From Acidothermus cellulolyticus 11B (GTDB lineage Bacteria; Actinomycetota; Actinomycetes; Acidothermales; Acidothermaceae), in NCBI RefSeq assembly GCF_000015025.1, contig NC_008578.1, forward strand, positions 1,590,001 through 1,622,000: DNA of 32,000 bases. Direction: 5' to 3'. Shown here one piece after another: positions 8,533-15,445 of the stretch. A program made the position numbers and the translations under genes. Under the pieces are notes generated by a model. The model saw nothing but the letters and a program-made list of their open reading frames with translations, made no database searches and was not told the origin of the DNA. How positions within the stretch are numbered: the first letter of the stretch is position 1; each line of letters begins with the position of its first letter.

Positions 8533-10020
8533 CTAGTCCAGATAGTCGCGAAGCACCTGAGACCGGGATGGGTGTCGGAGTTTCGACATCGTCTTCGACT
8601 CGATCTGCCGAATCCGTTCCCGGGTCACCCCGTACACCCGGCCGATCTCGTCAAGCGTCTTGGGCTGGCCGTCGGTAAGGCCGAAGCGCATGGAGACCAC
8701 GCCCGCCTCGCGCTCGGAGAGAGTCTCCAGCACCGAGTGCAATTGCTCCTGCAGCAGGGTGAACGAGACGGCGTCCGACGGCACGATCGCCTCGGAATCC
8801 TCGATCAGGTCCCCGAACTCGCTGTCGCCGTCCTCGCCCAACGGCGTATGCAGACTGATCGGCTCGCGGCCGTACTTCTGCACTTCCATGACTTTTTCCG
8901 GCGTCATGTCGAGCTCGACCGCCAGCTCCTCCGGCGTCGGGTCGCGGCCGAGATCCTGCAGCATCTGGCGCTGCACCCGGGCCAATTTGTTGATGACCTC
9001 GACCATGTGGACGGGAATGCGGATCGTCCGCGCCTGATCAGCCATCGCCCGCGTAATCGCCTGGCGAATCCACCACGTCGCGTACGTCGAAAACTTGTAT
9101 CCCTTGGTGTAGTCGAATTTCTCCACCGCACGGATGAGGCCGAGATTTCCTTCTTGAATAAGGTCGAGAAAGAGCATGCCGCGGCCGGTGTATCGCTTCG
9201 CGAGGGAAACGACGAGCCGCAGATTCGCTTCCAGCAAGTGGTTCTTCGCCCGTCGGCCGTCCTCGGCGATCCACTCCAGGTCTTTGCGGAGTTCGGGCGA
9301 CAGCTCTTCGCCGGAATTCAGCTTCTCCTCGGCGAACAACCCCGCCTCGATCCGTTTCGCCAGCTCGACTTCTTGCTCGGCGTTGAGCAGCGGAACCTTG
9401 CCGATTTGCTTGAGGTAGTCCTTGACGGGATCCGCGGTCGCACCCGCGTTCGTCAACTGTGCCTGCGGCTCGTCGTCATCGAGCAGAAGCTCATCCTCGA
9501 CCGCAAGATCAGTCGCTTCGTCGGCTGGGTCGACGTCGACGCCGTCCGTCAACTCCACCGGATCGAGATCGACGTCCACATCGGACAGATCAATTTCGAC
9601 GTCGTCGACAAACGGTTCCGCATCCAGCTCGTCGCCAACCGCATCAAGATCGATTGGGTCATCAGCCGCCGGGTCTTCGCGGGTGCGGGAGCTCTGCCGC
9701 GCTGCGCTACCCGACGTTTTCGGCTTCTTGCCGCCCGCAGCTGACTTCGACCCGGACTTCTTGCCGCGCCCACCATCGCGTTGCGCGGCCCGCCGATTCG
9801 CACGACCCGCCGCGGGCGCGCCGTTCGACGACCCGGCGTCAGGTGCTACGGAAACAGGGAGATCAGACGAAGCGGCAGGTAGGCCGCCGCCGCCGTTGGA
9901 CGCCGCATCATGCGAAGCGGCCGACGTGTCGTGGGACAGCTGACGATCGACGTTTCGGGCTACCACGTTTGCCATCCTCGGCAGGTTGCGCAGAAACGAC
10001 CACCGACGACTATCACGCAC
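8533..10020 (-). CDS. sigA: principal (group 1) RNA polymerase sigma-70 factor, HrdB/SigA type
   Basis: Near-invariant blocks [55 protein letters not shown] and [29 protein letters not shown]. The N-terminal region is long: basic first, then very acidic. The start is uncertain: GTG 10020 (GAGAGG upstream) or ATG 9975. Confidence 0.95.
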   Translation of the reverse strand: MRDSRRWSFLRNLPRMANVVARNVDRQLSHDTSAASHDAASNGGGGLPAASSDLPVSVAPDAGSSNGAPAAGRANRRAAQRDGGRGKKSGSKSAAGGKKPKTSGSAARQSSRTREDPAADDPIDLDAVGDELDAEPFVDDVEIDLSDVDVDLDPVELTDGVDVDPADEATDLAVEDELLLDDDEPQAQLTNAGATADPVKDYLKQIGKVPLLNAEQEVELAKRIEAGLFAEEKLNSGEELSPELRKDLEWIAEDGRRAKNHLLEANLRLVVSLAKRYTGRGMLFLDLIQEGNLGLIRAVEKFDYTKGYKFSTYATWWIRQAITRAMADQARTIRIPVHMVEVINKLARVQRQMLQDLGRDPTPEELAVELDMTPEKVMEVQKYGREPISLHTPLGEDGDSEFGDLIEDSEAIVPSDAVSFTLLQEQLHSVLETLSEREAGVVSMRFGLTDGQPKTLDEIGRVYGVTRERIRQIESKTMSKLRHPSRSQVLRDYLD

Positions 10021-10234
10021 ACACCTCTCGACCCTTGAGACGATGAGCGACCGAGCGCCTCCGGCGCATTGACGAACGCTGTTTCATTCTGGCACTCCGC
10101 TCGCCGTCGCACCGGGTGCCCGCTGACCAACCATTGTGCACCGCGTCCCGGAGTCGCGCGGATCAATGCGGACGCCGCACGGATGCCGCCCCACCGGGCT
10201 GTGATTCACCGCACATTCGGCCGCAGGGCAAGCC

Positions 10235-11626
10235 CTATCGTGCCGGGTCGGCATGCTCCGGACGCCCCGGCGGGTCGTCTCGCCCCGGCGGCTCGTCTCG
10301 CCCCGGCGGCTCGTCTCGCCCCGGCGGCTCGTCTCGCCCCGGCGGCTCGTCTCGCAGGGTGAAGACCATCGTGGTCGCCTGGCCGCTGCGATACGGCGCG
10401 GTGTCGGCGGCAAACTGCCGCCACTGCGGCTGCGGGGAGTCCGCGAGGAGCGCGAGCCGATCGGCGTACCCGCGGACATCGTGATTCGCCATGATGCTGT
10501 GACCATCCGCGAAGTACCGGTACGTGATCTGGGACGAACCTGCCACCGGTTTGTCGGTGCCGTCGAGATGCGTCACAAAATCCGCCGTGTTTTCGATGCT
10601 GAGCAGGTGCGTCGAGTGCGGAATCTTCTTGCCATCGACCGGTGCGCCTGCCGCGAGAACGTGCGTGATGCGCACACGCCGGCCGTTCACGGTCGGGTCA
10701 CCCGCCAGATCAGCGGCGACGATGCCGCCTTCGGAGTGCCCCACCAGCATCACCGGCGCGCCGATCGGCACGCCCGCCGCGTCCAAGGCCGCGATGACAC
10801 TGCGCGTATAGGCGGAGGAGCCGCGGAACAGGCTCACGAACGCACCAGGCAGGTCTTGCGGGGTGGGTGTCGAACCCATGGACCGCATCCCCGGCAAATA
10901 GACGACGTAGCGCGAGCCGCCATCGCGGTCGGCCAAGCATTGAACAGCGAGCACCGCGTCAGGAAATGCTTCGAGATCGCCTACCCTGCGAAGCATTTCC
11001 GCCGCGTCGACCGGAGGCTGCTCGGACCAGCGCGGCAGTCGTGGATTCGTGATCGCTGCTCCGGGCCCATCGGGTACCGCGGCGGCCACGGCGGAGAGCG
11101 GAACCCCGGCAACCGGGTCGACACGGAGAGGCCGCCGCAGCATGGCGTCCAGCCGGCAGAGTGGCGACCAGGCGCCGGCGACGAGCAGCTCCTCCAGGTG
11201 AGGCGCGAGAAATGTCACCGTGGCGTCGAGCGCTCGACCGAAGCGGTCACGTCCCTGGGTCAAGGAGCTCCAGCGACCGGTCACCAGGTCGTACGGCGCA
11301 GCGACCGCCCAGCCGAGGAACTCAGACCACGATCGAACCGGCAGATCGTCAACGATCTCCTCGCGGAGGACGACGGCCCGCAGTCGGCCGGCGTCGACGG
11401 CGAGGGCCGCGGCCATGCCCACCAGGCCGCTTCTGCCTACCACTGCGGCAAGAATTGCACGCTCGGCGGCCGCCACTTCCCACGGCGCGAGCAGATCGGC
11501 GACGCCGACCCCTACCTCCGCGGCAAGAGCCGCCACCGCCACGGCCTGGGTGACCAACCGGCCGCTGAGCTGCGCCCAGATGTCGCCCAACCGGCGCAAT
11601 TCTTCGTAGTCCACGACGATTCGCAC
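10235..11626 (-). CDS. alpha/beta serine hydrolase (lipase/esterase-like) with a long helical N-terminal domain and a C-terminal (DEPPGR)n repeat
   Basis: 463-aa ORF with a GTG start 6 nt after the stop of the upstream small ORF. Nucleophile elbow VMLVGHSEGG. The N-terminal 230 or so aa are Ala/Leu-rich and helical (MRIVVDYEELRRLGD...). The C-terminus is RDEPPGRDEPPGRDEPPGRDEPPGRDDPPGR. Confidence 0.8.
   Translation of the reverse strand: MRIVVDYEELRRLGDIWAQLSGRLVTQAVAVAALAAEVGVGVADLLAPWEVAAAERAILAAVVGRSGLVGMAAALAVDAGRLRAVVLREEIVDDLPVRSWSEFLGWAVAAPYDLVTGRWSSLTQGRDRFGRALDATVTFLAPHLEELLVAGAWSPLCRLDAMLRRPLRVDPVAGVPLSAVAAAVPDGPGAAITNPRLPRWSEQPPVDAAEMLRRVGDLEAFPDAVLAVQCLADRDGGSRYVVYLPGMRSMGSTPTPQDLPGAFVSLFRGSSAYTRSVIAALDAAGVPIGAPVMLVGHSEGGIVAADLAGDPTVNGRRVRITHVLAAGAPVDGKKIPHSTHLLSIENTADFVTHLDGTDKPVAGSSQITYRYFADGHSIMANHDVRGYADRLALLADSPQPQWRQFAADTAPYRSGQATTMVFTLRDEPPGRDEPPGRDEPPGRDEPPGRDDPPGRPEHADPAR
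10265..10354. repeat. 18-bp tandem repeat x5 (CCCCGGCGGCTCGTCTCG on + strand), in frame within the hydrolase 3' end
   Basis: Read directly. Units are at 10265, 10283, 10301, 10319 and 10337. The first unit has one substitution and the other four are identical. On the - strand it encodes DEPPGR x4 plus DDPPGR. Confidence 0.95.
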
Positions 11627-11632
11627 GGCAGG

Positions 11633-11938
11633 TCACCACACCTGATGGATGAACCGGTGAACGACGTCCGCCCCCGGCGCGCCGGCCAGATTGACGAGAA
11701 GGTGTCGGCGTTCGGCAGCCAGCTGCGCCAGCTGCCGCAGCTGCGCGGCTGCGTCGTCCAGACGTCCGGCGATGTGCCGAATGTCGAGGCGCCGCCGCTG
11801 CACCTGCTCCCGGAACGCGTCCGCCGCGACCGAGGTCCAGAGCGCCTGAGCCGCGTGCGTGACCAGCTCATCGCCCAGCGCCTCGATCCGGCGGGCGCGG
11901 GTCGTGAGCTCATCCGCGAGAACGTGGAGACGGTCCAT
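11633..11938 (-). CDS. small all-helical hypothetical protein (WXG100-like hairpin, W-T-S variant)
   Basis: This is the 101-aa C-terminal part of the 505-aa track ORF, taken from ATG 11938 (MDRLHVLADELTTRARRIEALGDEL...ALWTSVAADAFREQ...). Heptad-like Ala/Leu/Arg composition. It is coupled to the downstream hydrolase. There is no clear RBS, and alternative starts exist at GTG 11971 and ATG 12115, so the start and even the coding status are uncertain. Confidence 0.5.
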   Translation of the reverse strand: MDRLHVLADELTTRARRIEALGDELVTHAAQALWTSVAADAFREQVQRRRLDIRHIAGRLDDAAAQLRQLAQLAAERRHLLVNLAGAPGADVVHRFIHQVW

Positions 11939-12006
11939 GCGCTGACGGTAGGACCGAACGGCGCCACGCACCCGGCGTACGGCTGAGTTGGGGACGCCGT
12001 GGTCGG

Positions 12007-12108
12007 CGGCCGTGGAATACGAGCGGCCGTGGAATACGAGCGGCCGTGGAATACGAGCGGCCGTGGAATACGAGCGGCCCTTGAATACGAGCGGCCGGGA
12101 AATGCCGG
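12007..12108. repeat. 17-bp tandem repeat array (CGGCCGTGGAATACGAG), 4 perfect units plus 2 degenerate units, intergenic
   Basis: Read directly. Perfect units lie at 12007, 12024, 12041 and 12058. The unit at 12075 has 2 mismatches and the unit at 12092 is degenerate. The period is not a multiple of 3. It lies between the HhH-GPD stop (12214) and the small helical ORF start (11938). Confidence 0.95.
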
Positions 12109-12213
12109 CAGCCATGACACGAGCCGTCACCGTGGAAGACCGCCGACCGAGGAATATCAGCAGCCGCGGCGAGATCACCAACCGGGACAGTGCCCGCTGG
12201 CACAGCCCAGCGG

Positions 12214-12828
12214 TCAGCGGGTCCGACCGCGCGGCCGTCGCAGCGCCGACTCCGATCCCAGTCTCTTCGTTCCTGCCTTCATTTCTTTCTTCGTGGCCCG
12301 CACCTTCGCCAGCGACTCGGCGTCCACCACATCGGCGACCGAGAGAAAGGAATTCTCCGCGGCAAACGGTTCCGCCGCCTGCCGCCACCCTCGAGGGCGA
12401 AAGCCGCGCTGTTTCCCCAACAGAGCAAGGAAAATCTTCGCCTTCTGCGGACCGAAACCGGGTAAGACCGCCAAGCGTTCGACCACGCGCTGTCCGGTCG
12501 TCGCCGTACGCCAGAGCGCCTCGGCATCTCCGTCGTACTCGTCGACAAGAAGACGCGCCAAGCGATGCACCCGCTCGGCCATCGCGCGGGGAAAACGGTG
12601 CAACGCCGGAGGGCCGGTGAACACATCGACGAGGCGCTCCACATCGGTCGCCGCGACGGTGGCCGGGTCGAGGTCCGTGACGTCGAGGCGCTGCATCAAC
12701 AAATACGGCGCGGTAAAGGCCTTTTCGATGGGAATTTGCTGGTCGAGGACCATGCCGACGAGAAGGGCGAATGCGTTCCGATCCAGTAGAGCATCCGCGT
12801 CGGGTTGTCCCGCGAGCCACGTGGCCAT
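12214..12828 (-). CDS. HhH-GPD family base-excision DNA repair protein (endonuclease III-like fold)
   Basis: I trimmed the start to ATG 12828 (MATWLAGQPD...), which has a strong RBS (GGAGGAGTAACGATG). A helix-hairpin-helix block LPGFGPQKAKIFLALL is present, and the C-terminal tail is basic. Confidence 0.8.
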   Translation of the reverse strand: MATWLAGQPDADALLDRNAFALLVGMVLDQQIPIEKAFTAPYLLMQRLDVTDLDPATVAATDVERLVDVFTGPPALHRFPRAMAERVHRLARLLVDEYDGDAEALWRTATTGQRVVERLAVLPGFGPQKAKIFLALLGKQRGFRPRGWRQAAEPFAAENSFLSVADVVDAESLAKVRATKKEMKAGTKRLGSESALRRPRGRTR

Positions 12829-12923
12829 CGTTACTCCTCCTCCCCGACAGCCTGTCACGCTCCGCGGGAGCCGAAAAGAGGGCATGGCCTTCACTTCGGT
12901 TCGCCGGTGCCGATGTCACCGAC

Positions 12924-15164
12924 GTGACGGACGGTCCCGCCCCCGCGCGACGACCCACGTCCCCCGGCAGACCGGACGGATGGGCCGCCGCGGCGATCGC
13001 GCACTTCCTCGCCGCGGTAGTGGATCTGCCACAACCACAGAAGGTGCTGCTCACGGCGGTCCAGCAGCTCGCGCAGACCCTGGCCGCCAACCGCGTCGCC
13101 ATCGTGCAGGCCGGCCACGTCCTGGCCGGCAGCGACGACGCCGGCGACACCGACGGGCCGAAACGGCGCCGGTTGACCCGCTACACCGTACCCGTCGGCG
13201 GACCCCTGCAAGGCGAGCTGCTCATCGAAAGAGATCGCGAACTCGACGAAGCGGAGCGCACCCTGGTCACCGGAATGGCCCGGGCGGTCGAAATGAGCTA
13301 CGCCATGGGCCGCACCCTGGAAGCCGAACGCCGGCTGCGCACCAGGAGCGAACGCCAGGCCAATGTGAACGCGAAACTCCTCGCGTCGTTGCGGGAACGC
13401 CAGCGCTTGCTGGAAGCCCTGTCCGGCATCCAACGCATGATTTCCCGGCGCGAACCGCTGGTGGACATCCTGGACGCCGTCGTGCGCACCGTCCACGAGG
13501 TCCTCGGTGTCGACACGGTCATCATTCGGCGCGGCCCGTCAGCGACCGTCGCAGCCCGGTGCGGCGGCACGGAGCGAACCGCCCGCTGGTTGGCCCGCTT
13601 ACCCCTTCCCGACGGAACAACCGGCGGTGTCCACGACCTCGAGACAGCTAATCCGCCCGCCGGAATTGCGGTGACCCGAGCGCTCGCCGGCGTCGTCCAC
13701 GAGAACGGGCGAATTGCCGGTGCGCTCATCGCAGCCACCACCGATCCCGCCCGGCTCTGGCGGGACGCCGACCGCGAAGCCCTGGGCGTCTTCGCCGACC
13801 ACGTGACCCTGGCCATCACCGACGCCACCACCGTGGAGGCGATGAACCGGGCATTTCACGATTCCCTGACGGGCTTGGCGAGTCGAGCTCTGTTTCTGGA
13901 CCGGCTCAACCTCGGGTTGGCCCAGGCCGCCCGATCGGGCACAAACCTCTGCCTGCTCTTCATCGACCTTGACCGATTCAAAATTGTCAACGACACGTTG
14001 GGGCACGCCGCCGGCGACGTCCTCCTCGTCGAAATCGCCAATCGCTTGCGCAGTTGCCTGCGGGCCAGCGACACCGCGGCCCGGTACGGCGGCGATGAAT
14101 TCGTCGCCCTGCTGCACGACACCGACGTCCGCGGTGCGGCGATTGTCGCAGCGCGCATCATCGACGCGGTTCGCCAACCGTTACGTGTCGGCGAGATGGA
14201 CGTGACCGTCGACGCAAGCATCGGCATCGCCTGCTCCGTGGCAGGCGGCACGGCGGCGGATGACTTGTTGCGCAGCGCGGACGTCGCCATGTATCGGGCG
14301 AAACGGGCCGGCCGCGGCCGATACGCCATCTACGAGCCGTCCATGCACGCGGCGCTCCTCGAACAACTGCACCTGGAAACGGAATTGCGCGGCGCGCTGC
14401 ACCGCGGGGAATTCGTCGTCCATTATCAACCGATCGTCGAACTCGCCACCGGCGACATTCTCGGAGCCGAAGCGTTATTGCGGTGGAATCATCCTCGACG
14501 CGGGCTGCTCACCGCCGCGGAGTTCGTGCCGATTGCCGAGGACTGCGGGGAGATGGTGGAAATCGGCAGTTGGGTGTTACGGACGGCGTGCGCGCAAGCG
14601 CGCGCCTGGCAGCGTGAACTCGGCGAGGCACCCTTCACCATCAGCGTCAACGTCTCAACCGCCCAGCTCGCGGGCGACACCTTCGCCGGCTACCTCAAGG
14701 AGGTCCTGGAGAACACCGGCCTCGCCGCCACCTCCCTGGTGCTCGACATCACCGAGGCCTTGGTGTTGCGGGAAGAACCCTGGCTGCTTGCCCGGCTCGA
14801 AGAGCTCAAGCTCCTCGGGGTGAGCCTTGCTGTCGACGACTTCGGTGCTCGATATTCCTCACTGGCTGGCCTGCCTCGCCTCCCGTTGGACATGGTGAAG
14901 ATCGACCAAGCCTTCATCGATGCCGTCGGCACGCCGGAAGGCTCGGCGTTCGCACGGAAAATCGTCGAGCTCGCCCACACCCTCGACCTGCAGGTCATCG
15001 CCGAAGGAGTGCAGACCCAGCAACAATTCGAGGAACTGCGCCGAGCGCGGTGCGAATTCGCCCAGGGATATCTGTTCGCCGAGCCGGTCGATACCGACCG
15101 TGTGCCGGCACTGCGCCCGACCGCTCAACGACTCTGGCGGCCGACCGTCCGGCGATCCCGCTGA
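12924..15164 (+). CDS. signalling protein with GAF-like sensor region, GGDEF diguanylate cyclase domain and EAL phosphodiesterase domain
   Basis: GGDEF domain: DLDRFKIVNDTLGHAAGD ... RASDTAARYGGDEF, with the RxxD I-site at the canonical spacing. EAL domain: EALLRWNHP, AVDDFGARYSS, VKIDQAFI, IAEGVQ. The start is uncertain. GTG 12924 is the first in-frame start that does not overlap the divergent HhH-GPD gene. The longest ORF starts at 12771. Confidence 0.88.
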   Translation: MTDGPAPARRPTSPGRPDGWAAAAIAHFLAAVVDLPQPQKVLLTAVQQLAQTLAANRVAIVQAGHVLAGSDDAGDTDGPKRRRLTRYTVPVGGPLQGELLIERDRELDEAERTLVTGMARAVEMSYAMGRTLEAERRLRTRSERQANVNAKLLASLRERQRLLEALSGIQRMISRREPLVDILDAVVRTVHEVLGVDTVIIRRGPSATVAARCGGTERTARWLARLPLPDGTTGGVHDLETANPPAGIAVTRALAGVVHENGRIAGALIAATTDPARLWRDADREALGVFADHVTLAITDATTVEAMNRAFHDSLTGLASRALFLDRLNLGLAQAARSGTNLCLLFIDLDRFKIVNDTLGHAAGDVLLVEIANRLRSCLRASDTAARYGGDEFVALLHDTDVRGAAIVAARIIDAVRQPLRVGEMDVTVDASIGIACSVAGGTAADDLLRSADVAMYRAKRAGRGRYAIYEPSMHAALLEQLHLETELRGALHRGEFVVHYQPIVELATGDILGAEALLRWNHPRRGLLTAAEFVPIAEDCGEMVEIGSWVLRTACAQARAWQRELGEAPFTISVNVSTAQLAGDTFAGYLKEVLENTGLAATSLVLDITEALVLREEPWLLARLEELKLLGVSLAVDDFGARYSSLAGLPRLPLDMVKIDQAFIDAVGTPEGSAFARKIVELAHTLDLQVIAEGVQTQQQFEELRRARCEFAQGYLFAEPVDTDRVPALRPTAQRLWRPTVRRSR

Positions 15165-15271
15165 CCCGCTGGCGGGTGGCGATCCCCCAGCCGCCGGGGA
15201 TTCCGCCCCGGTGCGGAGTACGCCGCCGGTTGCCCGCGTCCCACCAGCATCCGGCGTTTCCGCCTTCCGCC

Positions 15272-15287
15272 GACCGAACGTTCGGTC
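15272..15287. promoter_or_regulatory. perfect 16-bp palindrome GACCGAACGTTCGGTC, a PaaR-type (TetR) operator candidate upstream of paaN
   Basis: Read directly. It fits the ACCG-N2-CG-N2-CGGT core reported for actinobacterial PaaR operators. It fills the 17-nt spacer between a -35-like TTCCGC (15265..15270) and a -10-like TAGCGT (15288..15293). Confidence 0.65.
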
Positions 15288-15307
15288 TAGCGTAGGTACG
15301 ACGACCA

Positions 15308-15372
15308 CCGGATCGCGGCTACGGCCGGATCGCGGCTGCGGCCGGGGCGTGCGGCTACGGCCGGGGCGCGCG
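15308..15372. repeat. degenerate 17-19 bp tandem repeat (CCGGATCGCGGCTACGG-like), about 3.5 units, in the paaN 5' region
   Basis: Read directly. Units lie at 15308..15324, 15325..15341 (1 mismatch) and 15342..15360 (19 nt, diverged), followed by a partial unit. Non-coding. Confidence 0.8.
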
Positions 15373-15445
15373 ACAACGACCGGGCAGCGCGCTCCGGACC
15401 GCGTCGGGAGCTGCGCGAACCCGAAACGGTGCACCGAGGGAGACC

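Noticed and set aside
7951-9744. 597-aa ORF on the + strand
   Set aside because: It lies entirely antisense to the unmistakable principal sigma factor gene. It is Arg/Leu-rich with no recognisable motifs, which is the typical shadow ORF of a high-GC gene.
9400-9950. Charge-segregated low-complexity N-terminal region of the sigma factor (a Lys/Arg/Ser-rich block followed by a long Asp/Glu-rich block)
   Set aside because: Long basic and acidic N-terminal extensions are a known feature of actinobacterial HrdB/SigA-type sigma factors, so this is not novel.
10253-11986. 577-aa ORF on the + strand
   Set aside because: It is antisense to the hydrolase and small helical ORFs. It begins inside the 18-bp repeat, is Arg-rich and has no motifs.
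10265-12108. Possible CRISPR array, given the regularly spaced repeats
   Set aside because: Units are directly adjacent with no unique spacers, are only 17-18 bp long, and no cas genes are present. They are minisatellites, not CRISPR.
11939-13150. Upstream extension of the 505-aa minus-strand ORF 11633..13150 (also + strand ORF 11999..13651)
   Set aside because: The extension reads through the 17-bp (non-triplet) array and overlaps the well-supported HhH-GPD gene in another frame. Only the last 101 codons look like a plausible protein.
14900-15010. EAL domain motif reads EGVQ instead of EGVE, raising the possibility of an inactive phosphodiesterase
   Set aside because: By spacing from the KID lysine, the first Glu of the motif is retained, and I believe that is the catalytic one. 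EAL, DDFG and KID are also intact. There is no basis to call the domain degenerate.
15272-15287. LexA SOS box (the CGAAC...GTTCG half-sites resemble the actinobacterial TCGAAC-N4-GTTCGA)
   Set aside because: The half-sites abut with no 4-nt spacer. The flanks match the PaaR ACCG...CGGT pattern. The site lies upstream of paaN next to a TetR gene, so a PaaR operator is the better explanation.
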